From Aquifex aeolicus VF5 (GTDB lineage: Bacteria; Aquificota; Aquificia; Aquificales; Aquificaceae): 32,000 nt of DNA. Made by a program: the position numbers and the translations under genes. The DNA lies in contig NC_000918.1 of NCBI RefSeq assembly GCF_000008625.1, positions 1,410,001 through 1,442,000 of the forward strand, given 5' to 3'. Every line of letters starts with the position of its first letter. The first letter of the stretch is position 1. Positions 31,696 to 32,000 of this stretch are shown here, piece by piece. Under the pieces are notes generated by a model. The model was not told the DNA's origin. It saw nothing but the letters and a program-made list of their open reading frames with translations, and made no database searches.

Positions 31696-32000
31696 TGGCT
31701 ACGGACTACCAAACCATCTACATACTGGGCGGGGGGATGCTTCTACAGGAGAGGAAGCTGGACGTTTCTACAAACAACATGGCAAACGTAAACACTCCCG
31801 CTTTTAAAAAAGACTACCTCACGGCGGTAAGCTATTACGTCCCGAACGGACAAAAGGTTCAAAACACAAACCCTTTTGAGCCTTCTAACAACTACGTCTA
31901 CCCGATAGTGAATGAAGTAATACCCGTGCTTTCTCAGGGAGCACTGGTCAAAACTGAAAATCCCCTCGATTTGGCCATAGAAGGTGAAGGCTTCTTTGCG
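31695..32000 (+). CDS. Flagellar basal-body rod protein of the FlgF/FlgG family (5' part, runs off the right edge)
   Basis: ATG at 31695 in a TAATG overlap. Manual translation: MATDYQTIYILGGGMLLQERKLDVSTNNMANVNTPAFKKDYLT...NPLDLAIEGEGFFA. Confidence 0.93.
   Translation, partial: MATDYQTIYILGGGMLLQERKLDVSTNNMANVNTPAFKKDYLTAVSYYVPNGQKVQNTNPFEPSNNYVYPIVNEVIPVLSQGALVKTENPLDLAIEGEGFFA

Overview
The window looks like a compact chromosome segment from an Aquifex-type hyperthermophile. This is inferred from the protein sequences and gene density; no database was searched. It holds mostly housekeeping genes: a YgfZ/GcvT-like fragment, rpsB, hslO, a beta-propeller/AAA ATPase, a YjbQ-family gene, flhB, a hemY-type PPO gene, pstSCA, tldD, guaB, an HD-GYP+GGDEF gene, a KhtTU-like pair, infB, queE, a Lit/DUF1461-like gene, atpD, atpG, rplI, a ccsA/ccsB-type gene, an EAL-like/HDOD gene, folC, rnr, an HTH+NosL-like gene and the start of a flagellar rod gene. 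The most interesting non-coding and anomalous signals are: (1) a GC-rich, pseudoknot-capable leader abutting the rpsB Shine-Dalgarno; (2) an orphan 3-repeat CRISPR array with no cas genes in the window, reading into the pst operon, with a Pho-box-like TTAACA-N5-TTAACA pair 3 nt after the last repeat; (3) an in-frame TGA interrupting tldD, with the conserved C-terminus continuing in the same frame; (4) a 1-nt frameshift splitting a DUF374 acyltransferase; (5) a Lit-like membrane protein, an HTH-NosL-like fusion, two secreted DsrE-like proteins and a propeller-AAA protein with a GKN Walker A. I found no convincing complete new multi-gene defence system.
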